From: Acidimicrobiia bacterium
Lineage (GTDB): Bacteria > Actinomycetota > Acidimicrobiia > IMCC26256 > JBBRZM01
Length of the DNA stretch: 28,086 nt
Direction of reading: 5' to 3'
Assembly (NCBI GenBank): GCA_036386195.1
Contig: DASVIY010000306.1
Location: forward strand, 1 to 28,086
Shown piece by piece: positions 1 to 9,621 of the stretch. Each line of letters begins with the position of its first letter. Position 1 is the stretch's first letter. A program made the translations under genes and the position numbers. Below the pieces are notes generated by a model. The model was given only the letters and a program-made list of their open reading frames with translations, did no database searches and was not told where the DNA came from.

Positions 1-617
1 TACGTGCACACCTCCGTGGCCGCGCCACGTGCGCCAAAGTCGATCAACGGGTCGCCCGCGATCTCGCCCGCGAAGCGCGTGCAACGCCCGCACTGGATGC
101 ACCGCTCGCGGTCGAGCATGACGAGCTCGCTCAGCGGAATCGGCTTGGCCCAGTGCCGCTTCTCCTCGACGTAGCGCGACTCCCCCGGGCCGAACGCGAG
201 CGTCTGGTCCTGCAGCGGACACTCGCCGCCGCGGTCGCACACCGGGCAGTCGAGCGGATGGTTGATCAGGAGGAACTCCAGCACGCCGTCTTGCGCCTTC
301 TTCACCCCGGGGCTCTGCGTGTGGACGACCATGCCGTCGGTCACCGGTGTGCCGCACGAGATCTGCAGGCCGCGCATGCCCTCGACCTCGACGAGACACA
401 TGCGGCACATGCCCACCGGCTTCATGCGCTCGTGCCAGCAGAATCGTGGGATGTAGGTGCCGTGCTCCTGCGCCGCCTTGATCAACAGCTCACCGCGCGG
501 CACCTGGGCCTCGCGGCCGTCGATCGTTACCGTCACGATGTCGGGGCCGTCGGCGACCGGGATCACGAAGTCGTGCGTCGACGGCCACTGGCTCATGGGA
601 ATGTCGCGCGCGCTCAT
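1..617 (-). CDS. nuoG: NADH-quinone oxidoreductase subunit G, N-terminal part (runs off window edge; absent from ORF track)
   Basis: Manual translation from ATG 617 (ATGA overlap with nuoF stop): ...VTVTIDGRE...[25 protein letters not shown]...SC...[25 protein letters not shown]...[11 protein letters not shown], the NuoG Fe-S motifs. Confidence 0.96.
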   Translation of the reverse strand, partial: MSARDIPMSQWPSTHDFVIPVADGPDIVTVTIDGREAQVPRGELLIKAAQEHGTYIPRFCWHERMKPVGMCRMCLVEVEGMRGLQISCGTPVTDGMVVHTQSPGVKKAQDGVLEFLLINHPLDCPVCDRGGECPLQDQTLAFGPGESRYVEEKRHWAKPIPLSELVMLDRERCIQCGRCTRFAGEIAGDPLIDFGARGAATEVCT

Positions 618-1939
618 CGGATCAACACCTTCGTCGCCGTTGGCTCGGCCTGCGCGCGCATGCGTTCGTCGATCTCGTCACGGAACCAGCGCCCCAGGCT
701 GACGACCGGCGACATGGTGCTCGGGCCGAGCGCGCAGATGGTGGTCTGTGCGAACGGCGCGTTGAGGCCGGGCACGATGTTGTCGCCGAAGTCGAGGAGC
801 AGATCGAGATCCTCGGGCCGGCCCTCGCCGTGCGACATGCGGTACAGGACGCGCTCGATCCAGCTCGACCCCTCGCGGCACGGTGTGCACTTGCCGCACG
901 ACTCGTGCGCGAAGAATTTGGAGAGCCGCCACGCCACCAACAGCGGGTCGACCGTTTCGTCGAAGACCATTACCGCGCCGGAGCCGAGCATCGACTTCAG
1001 GTCGTTTTGCACGTAATCCATGTCGAGCGGCGAGTCGAGGTGCTCGGGCAGGAGCCAGGGCGACGACGCGCCGCCGGGAATGAAGAACTTCAGCTGCTTG
1101 CCGCCGCGCACGCCGCCGGCGAGACCCTCGATCAGGTCGCGAAACGTCATGCCGAGCTCGACCTCGTAGTTGCCGGGCCGCTCGACGTGACCCGAGACCG
1201 AGAAGATGCGCGTACCCGTCGACCGGTTGACGCCGAGGCCCGCGTACCACTCACCGCCACGACTGATGACGTGGGGGACGGTGGAAAGCGTCTCCACGTT
1301 GTTGACGACGGTCGGCTGCGCGTAGAGGCCCTGCACCGCGGGGAACGGCGGCTTGATGCGCGGCAGGGCGCGCTCGCCCTCGAGGCTCTCGAGCAGGCCC
1401 GTCTCGTCGCCCGCGACGTAGGCACCCGCGCCGCGGTGCAACACGATCTCGAGGTCGAAGCCGGAATCGAGGATGTTGTTGCCGACGAAATGACGCGCGT
1501 AAGCATCGGCGAGCGCGCGCTCGAGCCGGTCGGCGCCCAGCGCGAACTCACCTCGGAGGTAGATGAACGCGACATGGGCCTCGATCGCGAACGCCGTGAT
1601 CACGATGCCCTCGATCAGCTGGTGCGGATCGCGCTCCACGAGCATGTGGTCCTTGAACGTCGACGGCTCGCCTTCGTCGGCGTTGACCGCGAGGTAGCGC
1701 GGGAACACATCCTTGGGAAGGAACGACCACTTCTGGCCGGTGCCGAAGCCCGCACCCCCGCGGCCGCGCAGCCCCGACGCCTTCACCTGTTCGTTCATGA
1801 TCTGCTCGGGCGTCATCTCGGTGAGCGCCTTGCGCAACGACTTGTACGCGCCGTTGGCCACCGCGGCGTCGATCGTCCACGAGTCGTCGGGATGCTCATG
1901 CAGGAACTTCGTGACGATGCGCGTCTCCTTCGGGGCCAT
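614..1939 (-). CDS. nuoF: NADH-quinone oxidoreductase subunit F (FMN/NADH-binding), 441 aa
   Basis: C-terminal part of ORF 614..2635; start MAPKETR at 1939 overlaps nuoE stop (TGATG); motifs [48 protein letters not shown]...C. Confidence 0.96.
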   Translation of the reverse strand: MAPKETRIVTKFLHEHPDDSWTIDAAVANGAYKSLRKALTEMTPEQIMNEQVKASGLRGRGGAGFGTGQKWSFLPKDVFPRYLAVNADEGEPSTFKDHMLVERDPHQLIEGIVITAFAIEAHVAFIYLRGEFALGADRLERALADAYARHFVGNNILDSGFDLEIVLHRGAGAYVAGDETGLLESLEGERALPRIKPPFPAVQGLYAQPTVVNNVETLSTVPHVISRGGEWYAGLGVNRSTGTRIFSVSGHVERPGNYEVELGMTFRDLIEGLAGGVRGGKQLKFFIPGGASSPWLLPEHLDSPLDMDYVQNDLKSMLGSGAVMVFDETVDPLLVAWRLSKFFAHESCGKCTPCREGSSWIERVLYRMSHGEGRPEDLDLLLDFGDNIVPGLNAPFAQTTICALGPSTMSPVVSLGRWFRDEIDERMRAQAEPTATKVLIR

Positions 1940-2430
1940 CACGCGACCCTTCCACCCGACACGGTGCGGGCCACACGCGTGCCCGCCTTGTATTCGTCGA
2001 TCACCGTTGCCGCGGCGTCGGGCGTGACCGGACCGTGATAGTCGTAGTTGACCTGCAGCACCGGCGCGAGATCGCACGCGGCGAGGCACTCGACCTCCTC
2101 CACGAACACGTCGTCGTCGCCGGCGTATCGCGCGCGCAGTGCAGCAAGCAGCTCCGGACCTTGATTGACGAGGCACGAGACGTTGGTGCACACGGAGACC
2201 ACGAGCCGGCCGACGGGCTCGCGCTTGTACATCGTGTAGAAGCTGCACGTGCCCAGCACTTGCGCGGGCTCGATGTGCAGCAATGCGGCGACCTCTTCCA
2301 TCGCGTCGCGCGAGACCCACCCGTCCTGATCCTGCGCGAGATGCAGGAGCGGGAGCACCGCCGACTTCGCGTGCGGGTAGCGGGCGATGATGGCGCGCGC
2401 CTTGATCACGTTGGCGTCGGTAAACGGCAT
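1939..2430 (-). CDS. nuoE: NADH-quinone oxidoreductase subunit E (2Fe-2S)
   Basis: SAVLPLLHLAQDQDGWV, SFYTMY, VCTNVSC...ECLAACDLAP; position in nuo operon. Confidence 0.95.
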   Translation of the reverse strand: MPFTDANVIKARAIIARYPHAKSAVLPLLHLAQDQDGWVSRDAMEEVAALLHIEPAQVLGTCSFYTMYKREPVGRLVVSVCTNVSCLVNQGPELLAALRARYAGDDDVFVEEVECLAACDLAPVLQVNYDYHGPVTPDAAATVIDEYKAGTRVARTVSGGRVA

Positions 2431-2432
2431 GG

Positions 2433-3734
2433 CTAGCGGTCGACCTCCCCCATGATCGGGTCGATGCTCGACACGATCGCGACCGCGTCGGCCACCATGC
2501 TCCCGGGCACCATCGCCCCCATCGTCTGCAGGTTGTAGAACGACGGACCCCTGATGTGCAGCCGGACCGGCTTGCCGGTGCCGTCGGACACGAGATAGCA
2601 GCCGATCTCACCACGCGGCGACTCGACCGCGACATAGGTCTCGCCCGGCGGCACCCGGAAGCCTTCGGTGAACAGCTTGAAGTGATGAATGAGCGCCTCC
2701 ATCGACTCGTCGATGCGGGCCCGCGGCGGCGGCGTGATCTTGCGGTCCTGCACCCGGAAGTCGCCGGCCGGCATCCGCTCGACGCACTGCTTGACGATCT
2801 TGATCGACTCGAGGATCTCGTAGAGCCGGATGCGGTACCGGTCGTAGGTGTCGCCGTTCTCTGTGTAGACGACGTCGAAGTCGACTTCGTCGTACGCGAG
2901 GTAGGGGTTGGCCTTGCGCAGGTCCCACGGAAAGCCGGTCGAGCGCAGGATCGGCCCGCTCGCGCCGAGCGCTAGGGCCTGGTCGGTGGTGATCGTGCCG
3001 ACGCCCACCGTGCGTTCCATCCAGATCGGGTTCTCGGTGAGCAGCTGGTCGTACTCGTTGACGCCCTGCTCGACGATGTCACAAACGTCGAGCACGTCGT
3101 CGGCCCAGTCGTCGGGCAGGTCGACCGCGACACCGCCGGGGCGGATGTAGTTGTTGTTCATCCGCAGGCCGGTGACCTTCTCGATGAAGCGCAGCACCTC
3201 TTCGCGCTCGCGCCAGCCGTAGAGCATCATCGAGATCGCGCCGATGTCCATGCCGTTCGTCGCCTGGAACAACAGGTGCGACGCCACGCGGTTGATCTCG
3301 CACATGAGCATGCGGATCCACACCGCGCGCGGTGGTACCTCGACGTCGAGCAGGCGCTCCACCGCCATCGAGTAGACGAGCTCGTTGGACAGCGGGGACG
3401 CGTAGTCCATGCGGGTGACGTTGGTGCCGCCCTGGACGTACGTCAGCTCCTCACCGGTCTTCTCCATGCCGGTGTGGAGGTAACCGACGATGGGCTTGGC
3501 GCGCACGACGGTCTCACCGTCGAGCTCCATCATGATGCGCAGCACGCCGTGTGTGGACGGGTGCTGCGGCCCCATGTTGATGATCATCGTCTCGCCTTCG
3601 CCCTCGACCTCGGGCCAGGGGCCGGCCGTGACAACGAGCTCGTGGTGCGTGGGCCGTAGCTCCTGCGCGCCCTCGTCGGTCTGGCGCGCGAGCCGCTCCT
3701 CTTCGTGCTGCGCGCCGTTCTGCACGTCGCTCAT
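2433..3734 (-). CDS. nuoD: NADH-quinone oxidoreductase subunit D
   Basis: [34 protein letters not shown]-terminal [10 protein letters not shown]. Confidence 0.97.
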   Translation of the reverse strand: MSDVQNGAQHEEERLARQTDEGAQELRPTHHELVVTAGPWPEVEGEGETMIINMGPQHPSTHGVLRIMMELDGETVVRAKPIVGYLHTGMEKTGEELTYVQGGTNVTRMDYASPLSNELVYSMAVERLLDVEVPPRAVWIRMLMCEINRVASHLLFQATNGMDIGAISMMLYGWREREEVLRFIEKVTGLRMNNNYIRPGGVAVDLPDDWADDVLDVCDIVEQGVNEYDQLLTENPIWMERTVGVGTITTDQALALGASGPILRSTGFPWDLRKANPYLAYDEVDFDVVYTENGDTYDRYRIRLYEILESIKIVKQCVERMPAGDFRVQDRKITPPPRARIDESMEALIHHFKLFTEGFRVPPGETYVAVESPRGEIGCYLVSDGTGKPVRLHIRGPSFYNLQTMGAMVPGSMVADAVAIVSSIDPIMGEVDR

Positions 3735-4297
3735 CGCGGTCTCGGGTCCTCTTTGAAGGTGACGGGCACGCGCGACGCGGCGTCGTCCTTCCGCAACGGG
3801 TGGCCTGCCCAGTCGTCGGGCATCAGGATGCGCACGAGGTCGGGGTGGTCGTCGAACTCGATGCCGAAGAGGTCGTACACCTCGCGCTCGGGGAAATCCA
3901 TGCCGGGGTACACGGGTGTGAGGCTCGGCACGCGCGGGTCGCCCTCGGGCACTTGGCAGATCGCACGCACGCGACGGTTACGCGGGTGTGAGAGGAAGTT
4001 GGCCACCACTTCGAACCGTTCAGTCGTGACCCCGCCGATCGCGGCGCGCGACGCGTCGACGAGATGGTCGACTGCGGTCACGTCGACGCATTGCGTGAAA
4101 CGCTGGTCGTCGCGCAACCACGCGGCCAGGTCGCGCCACGTGCTCCGCTCGACGTACACCACCGGCTGGCCGTGCGACTCGTGGAAGACGCTGCCCTCGA
4201 AGCGGGCGAGCACCGCGGCCGCGACCTCGTCGGGCGGGGGCGCGGCCGGCACCGGGCCGTCCTTGGGAATTTCTTCACGAGCATCGTCGTCGGGCAT
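3731..4297 (-). CDS. nuoC: NADH-quinone oxidoreductase subunit C
   Basis: [35 protein letters not shown]. Confidence 0.96.
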   Translation of the reverse strand: MPDDDAREEIPKDGPVPAAPPPDEVAAAVLARFEGSVFHESHGQPVVYVERSTWRDLAAWLRDDQRFTQCVDVTAVDHLVDASRAAIGGVTTERFEVVANFLSHPRNRRVRAICQVPEGDPRVPSLTPVYPGMDFPEREVYDLFGIEFDDHPDLVRILMPDDWAGHPLRKDDAASRVPVTFKEDPRPR

Positions 4298-4327
4298 GTG
4301 ACCTGGGCTTTCGCGGCTTCGAGGCGG

Positions 4328-4885
4328 CTAGGAGGCGGACGCGGGCAGCGGCGCGGGCGCGCCGTCGACCTGGTCGATCTGGATTCCCGCGCCGCCGTGG
4401 GACGAGCCTTCGCGGCGCTTGAGGAGCTCACCGGTGCGGATCTGCTCGTGGAGCGTGAGGATGCCGTGCATGAGCGTCTCGGGGCCCGGGGGGCAGCCGG
4501 GCACGTACACGTCGACCGGCACGATCTGGTCGACGCCCTGCACGATCGCGTAGTTGTTGAACATGCCGCCGCTGCTCGCGCACACACCCATGGAGATGAC
4601 CCACTTCGGCTCGACCATCTGGTCGTAGACCTGGCGGAGCACCGGTGCCATCTTCTGGCTCACGCGTCCGGCCACGATCATCAGGTCGGCCTGGCGGGGG
4701 CTGGCACGAAAGACCTCCATGCCGTATCGAGCGAGGTCGTAGTGCGCGGCACCGGTGGCCATCATCTCGAGCGCGCAGCACGCGAGGCCGAACGTCGCGG
4801 GCCACACGGAGTTGCGTCGCGCCCAACGCACCAGGTCTTCGAGCCGCCCGGTGAGGAAGTTGTTGGAGACTTGGTCGAGGCCCAT
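4328..4885 (-). CDS. nuoB: NADH-quinone oxidoreductase subunit B
   Basis: [45 protein letters not shown]. Confidence 0.97.
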   Translation of the reverse strand: MGLDQVSNNFLTGRLEDLVRWARRNSVWPATFGLACCALEMMATGAAHYDLARYGMEVFRASPRQADLMIVAGRVSQKMAPVLRQVYDQMVEPKWVISMGVCASSGGMFNNYAIVQGVDQIVPVDVYVPGCPPGPETLMHGILTLHEQIRTGELLKRREGSSHGGAGIQIDQVDGAPAPLPASAS

Positions 4886-5367
4886 CAGGCCGCCTCGCCC
4901 TCACCGGCGCCGCCGACGCCCAAGGTGTCGGCGGGGTCGAGCCCATCTCGGCCCGGCGCTCCCGAGGCGCGCAACATGTCGTGTCCGGCCCGTTCGCTGA
5001 TCGCCTTGACGGATCCCCAATCGAGCGCGCCGGTGGAGAGGAGGTACGCGAACGGCACCAGGAGCACGAGCAGGAAGACACCCATGGAGATCAGGCCGTA
5101 CAGCGCGAGGTCACGAAAGACGATCGTGAACGGGTACAGAAAGATGATCTCGACGTCGAGCACGATGAACGCCATCGCGACCAGGTAGAACTTCACCGGA
5201 AAGCGTTCCGCCGGCTCCGACTCGGGCACGATGCCGCACTCGTAGGGAGCCTGCTTCGCCGACGTCGGCCGGCGCGGCCCGCCGAGCAGTGTCGACGCGG
5301 CGAACGACACCGCGATGAACGTGACGACCAAGGCGATCATCGTGAGGATCGGCAGGTAGTCGCTCAC
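4885..5367 (-). CDS. nuoA: NADH-quinone oxidoreductase subunit A (with about 35-aa C-terminal tail)
   Basis: [27 protein letters not shown], three hydrophobic helices, GALDW; GTG start. Confidence 0.95.
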   Translation of the reverse strand: MSDYLPILTMIALVVTFIAVSFAASTLLGGPRRPTSAKQAPYECGIVPESEPAERFPVKFYLVAMAFIVLDVEIIFLYPFTIVFRDLALYGLISMGVFLLVLLVPFAYLLSTGALDWGSVKAISERAGHDMLRASGAPGRDGLDPADTLGVGGAGEGEAA

Positions 5368-5430
5368 GTGAACGCGCTCTCCACGAACTCGCTCTCCGGG
5401 ACTCGGCCGGGCGGGTTGATTGCGTCGGCG

Positions 5431-5436
5431 AGGCTA
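5431..5436 (-). promoter_or_regulatory. Candidate -10 element (TAGCCT) of nuo operon promoter
   Basis: TAnnnT hexamer about 63 nt upstream of nuoA start, downstream of the preceding stop codon. Confidence 0.4.
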
Positions 5437-5491
5437 CCCGAGATGCCCCGTCGCCACGCAATGCTCGCGCCGCCGGGCCGTCGTGTCGCGG

Positions 5492-6739
5492 TTACGGCTC
5501 CGGGGCCGCCGCGACGAGCCGCTCGAGCACTGCGTACGCGGCTTCGGCCGGGCCGATCTCGTCGGGCCGCAGCAAGTTGGCCATGATGCGCAGCACCCAC
5601 TCCATGAGTGGCTGCGAGTGCATGCCGACGCGTGTCAGCTCCCGCATGACGGCGGGATTGCCGATCGCCTTGACGAACACGCGCGCAACCTTGAAGTAGA
5701 GGCCCCAGATCTCGTCGATCCGTTCCGGATAGCGCTGCAGCGCGAGGCCGTCGCCGGTGGCGAGCGCGGTATCGAGCGCCTCGGCCGCCAGCCGTCCGGT
5801 CTCGTAGGCGTAGCCGATGCCCTCGCCGTTGAACGGGTTGATCGATCCGCCGGCGTCGCCGACCACGAGCCACGTGGGGCCGGCCTTGGGCGTCACCGAC
5901 CCGCCGGTGGGCAGCTTGCCGCCGGTGGGGGCGCCGCACGACGTCTCGGGCGCGATGCCCCACCGCGCCGGTGCGGTCGCGATGAACGCGTCCATCAGCT
6001 GCGACGTGTTGATCGACTTCCACCCCGAGAACGTGGAGAGCAGCCCGACGCCCACGTTGACCGTGCCGTCGCCGACCGGGAACACCCACCCGTAACCGGG
6101 AAGATGCTGACCATCGCGGTCGCGCAGGTCGAGATGGCTCTCGATCCACGGCTCGTCGTGGTACGGGCTGGTGAAGTAGCCCCGGACGGCCATGCCGAGC
6201 GGGTAGTCGCGGTCGCGGGCGGTGCCCAGCGCTCGGCCGAAGCGGGAGTTCGCGCCGTCGGCGATCACGAGATACCGCGACCGCACCGTCTCGATCGTGC
6301 CCGTCTCGTTGTGACGCACGACGGCGCCGGCGACGAGGCCGCTGTCGAGAACCGGTTCGACGGCCTCGGCCGCGGGCCAGAACGTGGCGCCGGCCTTCAC
6401 GGCCTGGTCGGCCACCATCTCGTCGAGGTCGCGCCGGCGTACGACGTAGCCGTACGAGGGGAAGTCGGGATGCTCGGGCCATCGCAGCTCGAGCGTGATG
6501 CCGTGCGCGATCGAGCGGAGCCCGTCGAAACGCAGATGGTCGGCGAGTGGTTCGGCCAGGCCCATGTCGTGCAGCTGGCGCACCGCGCGGGGGGTCAACC
6601 CGTCACCACACGTCTTCTCGCGCGGAAAGCGCTTCTTCTCGACAACCAGCACCTTTCGGCCCCGTTCGGCCAGCCAGAACGCGGCTGCCGCGCCGGACGG
6701 ACCTCCGCCCACGATCACGACGTCGTAGCGCTCACTCAT
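5492..6739 (-). CDS. Geranylgeranyl reductase family FAD oxidoreductase (MenJ-like menaquinone side-chain reductase)
   Basis: MSERYDVVIVGGGPSGAAAA (GxGxxG), FPREKTCGDG, ADGANS, GYGWVFP, VGDAGGSINPFNGEGIGYA; sits directly upstream of nuoA. Confidence 0.85.
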   Translation of the reverse strand: MSERYDVVIVGGGPSGAAAAFWLAERGRKVLVVEKKRFPREKTCGDGLTPRAVRQLHDMGLAEPLADHLRFDGLRSIAHGITLELRWPEHPDFPSYGYVVRRRDLDEMVADQAVKAGATFWPAAEAVEPVLDSGLVAGAVVRHNETGTIETVRSRYLVIADGANSRFGRALGTARDRDYPLGMAVRGYFTSPYHDEPWIESHLDLRDRDGQHLPGYGWVFPVGDGTVNVGVGLLSTFSGWKSINTSQLMDAFIATAPARWGIAPETSCGAPTGGKLPTGGSVTPKAGPTWLVVGDAGGSINPFNGEGIGYAYETGRLAAEALDTALATGDGLALQRYPERIDEIWGLYFKVARVFVKAIGNPAVMRELTRVGMHSQPLMEWVLRIMANLLRPDEIGPAEAAYAVLERLVAAAPEP

Positions 6740-6882
6740 CGCGCGCGATGCTGGCACAACTCACGCGTGCGGGACGCACGCTGGGGGCCGTTTCGAGCGT
6801 CCCGCCGCGGCCCCACCGCCCGGGTCGAATTCCATAGTGCACAAGCGTTTCGAGCTGATGCGCGATATGCCGCTTGCTCATC

Positions 6883-6888
6883 TAGCGT
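6883..6888 (+). promoter_or_regulatory. Candidate -10 element (TAGCGT) for the Rieske/cytochrome b operon
   Basis: TAnnnT hexamer 72 nt upstream of ATG 6961; GGAGG RBS at 6944-6948; no clear -35. Confidence 0.3.
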
Positions 6889-6960
6889 GGTAGGAAACGG
6901 CCTGCTCCAGAGCCGGCTACGTGTGGTGAGCGCTGCGCCAAGAGGAGGACGTCGAGCTCA

Positions 6961-7476
6961 ATGTTCCACTGGCTGAAAGATGTCACCGGCTTGGCGTTCC
7001 TCCCTGCGGCGGGCCGGCTCATCATCGGCACGGTGCTGCTCATCGTCGGCGTCGGTATCGCGGTATTGCTGATGAAGCGACCGAAGCCCGACCGTCCCGC
7101 GACGTGGGCGGAGTGCATGGCCGGCGCGGTCGGTGTGTTCGGGCTCTTCACGCTCGCGTACGGCGTCATCCCGAGCGAGTGGCTCGTATTCGCGAACTCG
7201 TACCTCAACATGAGCACCGACCGGTTGGTCAAGTGGCCGCCCTGGCCCCTCACGAAGTACGTCAAGTTTCCGTTCAGCGCAGTGCGCGACATCGTCGCGG
7301 TGCTCATCTACCTGATCGCGATCGGCGCCACCTTGTGGCTGTTCAAGAAATGGCAGGAGCGTTCCACGGTCGAGCCCGCCGGCGAGACCGGCGAAACCCG
7401 TGAGGTCGAGCCGGCCGGCACCTCACGGTTCGGCCGGCCGCTGCGCCGGCTGCGGCGCACGAGAGTCGACGCGTAA
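6961..7476 (+). CDS. Hypothetical membrane protein (about 3 TM), first gene of Rieske/cyt b operon
   Basis: GGAGG RBS, hydrophobic helices, basic C-tail; 2-nt gap to ferredoxin gene. Confidence 0.8.
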   Translation: MFHWLKDVTGLAFLPAAGRLIIGTVLLIVGVGIAVLLMKRPKPDRPATWAECMAGAVGVFGLFTLAYGVIPSEWLVFANSYLNMSTDRLVKWPPWPLTKYVKFPFSAVRDIVAVLIYLIAIGATLWLFKKWQERSTVEPAGETGETREVEPAGTSRFGRPLRRLRRTRVDA

Positions 7477-7478
7477 CG

Positions 7479-7895
7479 ATGGCCCGCACCGACGCCAACC
7501 CACCCATGCCCGACTTCGTCATCGACTACGAGTTGCAAGAGGTCGACCCGAGTTACCTCACGTCGGCTGTGAAGCCCAAGCAGTTCCTGCACATCGACCA
7601 GTCCGAGTGCATCCTGTGCGAAGGCTGCGTCGACATCTGCCCGTGGAAGTGCATCCACATGGTCTCGGTGTCGGCAATCACCGAAGCCGTCAACACCGAG
7701 CAGCCCGGCGAGGACCCGACCGACCACGTGGCGTTCATCGTCGACGAAGACATCTGCACACGATGCGCTCTGTGCGTCGACCGCTGCCCCACCGGCGTCA
7801 TCGTGCTCGGCAAGCTCAACCCGACTGTCGTCGGCGAAGGTGATCCCCACACCCGCACTGCGCGCCACGGCTACGCCTACGGCGTGCGCTTCTAG
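7479..7895 (+). CDS. 2x[4Fe-4S] dicluster ferredoxin
   Basis: Two CxxCxxCxxxCP motifs: CILCEGCVDICP and CTRCALCVDRCP. Confidence 0.92.
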   Translation: MARTDANPPMPDFVIDYELQEVDPSYLTSAVKPKQFLHIDQSECILCEGCVDICPWKCIHMVSVSAITEAVNTEQPGEDPTDHVAFIVDEDICTRCALCVDRCPTGVIVLGKLNPTVVGEGDPHTRTARHGYAYGVRF

Positions 7896-7937
7896 TCCAG
7901 CTCGCACCACCGCTACGGAAAGACACGAGGAGAGTTC

Positions 7938-8723
7938 GTGGCGAACGGCAACGGAAACGGCAACGGGCACCGCATCGGCAAGGCACTCGAGACCGTCGAC
8001 ACGAAGGTCCGCGGCTCGCAGGCGTGGACCTCCATCTTCCGTCCCGGATCCGTCTACCGGCGCGGCTACACCGACAGTCCCCGCAACCGCTCCTACGTGA
8101 TCATGAACAACGTGCTGTACCACCTGCACCCGGTGAAGGTGAAACGGCACGCGGTGAAGGTGTCGTACACGCTCTGCCTCGGCGGGCTGTCGTTCTTCCT
8201 CTTCATCCTGCTCACCGTCACCGGCATCTTCCTGATGTTCTTCTACCGGCCCACCGACGCGTCGGCGTGGGACACCGTCAAGACGCTCGAGACCGCGGTC
8301 ACCTTCGGATCGTTCGTGCGCAACATGCATCGATGGGGCGCGCACCTCATGGTGCTCTCGGTGTTCCTGCACATGAGCCGCGTCTTCTACCACGGTGCCT
8401 ACAAGGCGCCGCGCGAGTTCAACTGGGTCATCGGCGTGATCCTGCTCACGCTCACGTTGCTCCTCTCGTTCACCGGCTACCTGCTGCCGTGGGACCAGCT
8501 CGCGCTGTGGGCCGTCACCGTCGGCACCAACATGATGGGCTACACACCGGTGTTCGGATCGCAGGTGAAGTACGCGCTGCTCGGTTCGAAGGAGATCAGC
8601 AACGACACGTTGCTGCGCTGGTACACCCTTCACGTGCTGCTCTTACCGTTCGTGATCGTGATCTTCATGGCTGTGCACTTCTGGCGCGTCCGCAAGGACG
8701 GCGGCCTGTCGGGCCCGCTGTAG
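7938..8723 (+). CDS. petB: Cytochrome b N-terminal half (cytochrome b6-like) of Rieske/cyt b complex
   Basis: GGAG RBS plus GTG; CLGG; His131/His145 and His232/His247 heme b ligands; TGYLLPWDQ; ends GGLSGPL like b6 GISGPL. Confidence 0.93.
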   Translation: MANGNGNGNGHRIGKALETVDTKVRGSQAWTSIFRPGSVYRRGYTDSPRNRSYVIMNNVLYHLHPVKVKRHAVKVSYTLCLGGLSFFLFILLTVTGIFLMFFYRPTDASAWDTVKTLETAVTFGSFVRNMHRWGAHLMVLSVFLHMSRVFYHGAYKAPREFNWVIGVILLTLTLLLSFTGYLLPWDQLALWAVTVGTNMMGYTPVFGSQVKYALLGSKEISNDTLLRWYTLHVLLLPFVIVIFMAVHFWRVRKDGGLSGPL

Positions 8724-8741
8724 CCGGAGGAGGAGCTCGCG

Positions 8742-9611
8742 ATGCCGGAAGTCCCCGAACACCTGTTGCGGCGCAGCAAAGAGCGCCGCAAGGCACTCGG
8801 CCTGCCCGTCGACGACGACGAAGGCGAGGCCGCGGACGCGACGGCTGCCTCTGACGCGCCGGCGGAAGGTGCGCCCGAAGCGACCGAAGCGCCGGCTGCG
8901 GCTGCAGGTGCCGCGCCCGAAGGTGGCGGCGACGGCGGTGACGCCGGTGGGGGCGATGCGGGGGGCGGCAAGATCCCGGCGCACCTGCTCGAGCGCTCGA
9001 AGCGGCGCAAGGCCCAGCTCGCCGGCGGTGGCGCGGAAGCCCCCGCTGCGGCTGCCGGTGCGACGGCCACCGCGACCGCGCCGAAGATCGCGGCACCTAC
9101 TGCGACCGGTCCGGGCGGTCACACGCAGCGGCTGCTCACCGTCGTCAAGTCGGGATCGATCCAGCAGACGCGCGCCGACGCGCAAGACAAGGTGCACACC
9201 TGGCCGCACCTGCTGGTCGTCGAGTTCGCCGCAATCCTGATCGTCAGCGCCGCGCTGGTCATCTTCTCGGCCACGGTGCGGGCGCCGCTCCTGCAGCTCG
9301 CCGACACCAACAAGACGCCCAACCCGTCCAAGGCACCGTGGTACTTCCTCGGGTTGCAAGAGCTGCTGACGATGTTCCACCCGATGGTCGCGGGCGTGAC
9401 CATCCCCGGCATGGGCCTGGTCCTGATGGTCGTGACGCCCTACGCCGACAAGAACCCGTCACACAATCCGCACGATCGCAAGTTCGCGATCTCGCTCTTT
9501 ACCATCTTCCTGATGATGTGGGCCGTGCTCGTCATCATCGGATCGTTCTTCAGAGGACCCGGATTCAACTTCGTGTTCCCCTGGACCAACGGCATCTTCT
9601 TCGAGTTGTAG
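8742..9611 (+). CDS. petD: Cytochrome b C-terminal half (subunit IV-like) with low-complexity N-terminal extension
   Basis: GGAGGAG RBS; VHTWPHLL, TPNPSKAPWYFLGLQELL, three TM helices. Confidence 0.88.
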   Translation: MPEVPEHLLRRSKERRKALGLPVDDDEGEAADATAASDAPAEGAPEATEAPAAAAGAAPEGGGDGGDAGGGDAGGGKIPAHLLERSKRRKAQLAGGGAEAPAAAAGATATATAPKIAAPTATGPGGHTQRLLTVVKSGSIQQTRADAQDKVHTWPHLLVVEFAAILIVSAALVIFSATVRAPLLQLADTNKTPNPSKAPWYFLGLQELLTMFHPMVAGVTIPGMGLVLMVVTPYADKNPSHNPHDRKFAISLFTIFLMMWAVLVIIGSFFRGPGFNFVFPWTNGIFFEL

Positions 9612-9621
9612 GAGTCACCCC

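Noticed and set aside
1940-2635. Apparent 230-aa N-terminal extension of NuoF (ORF 614..2635)
   Set aside because: It is an alternate frame over nuoE/nuoD; the real start at 1939 is coupled to the nuoE stop. The same artefact extends hemA (to 19131), sirC (to 20294) and the HTH ORF (to 26246).
6827-6852. TAGTGCACAA, possible Rex site upstream of the cytochrome operon
   Set aside because: Only one half-site matches; no second arm at N4 spacing on either strand.
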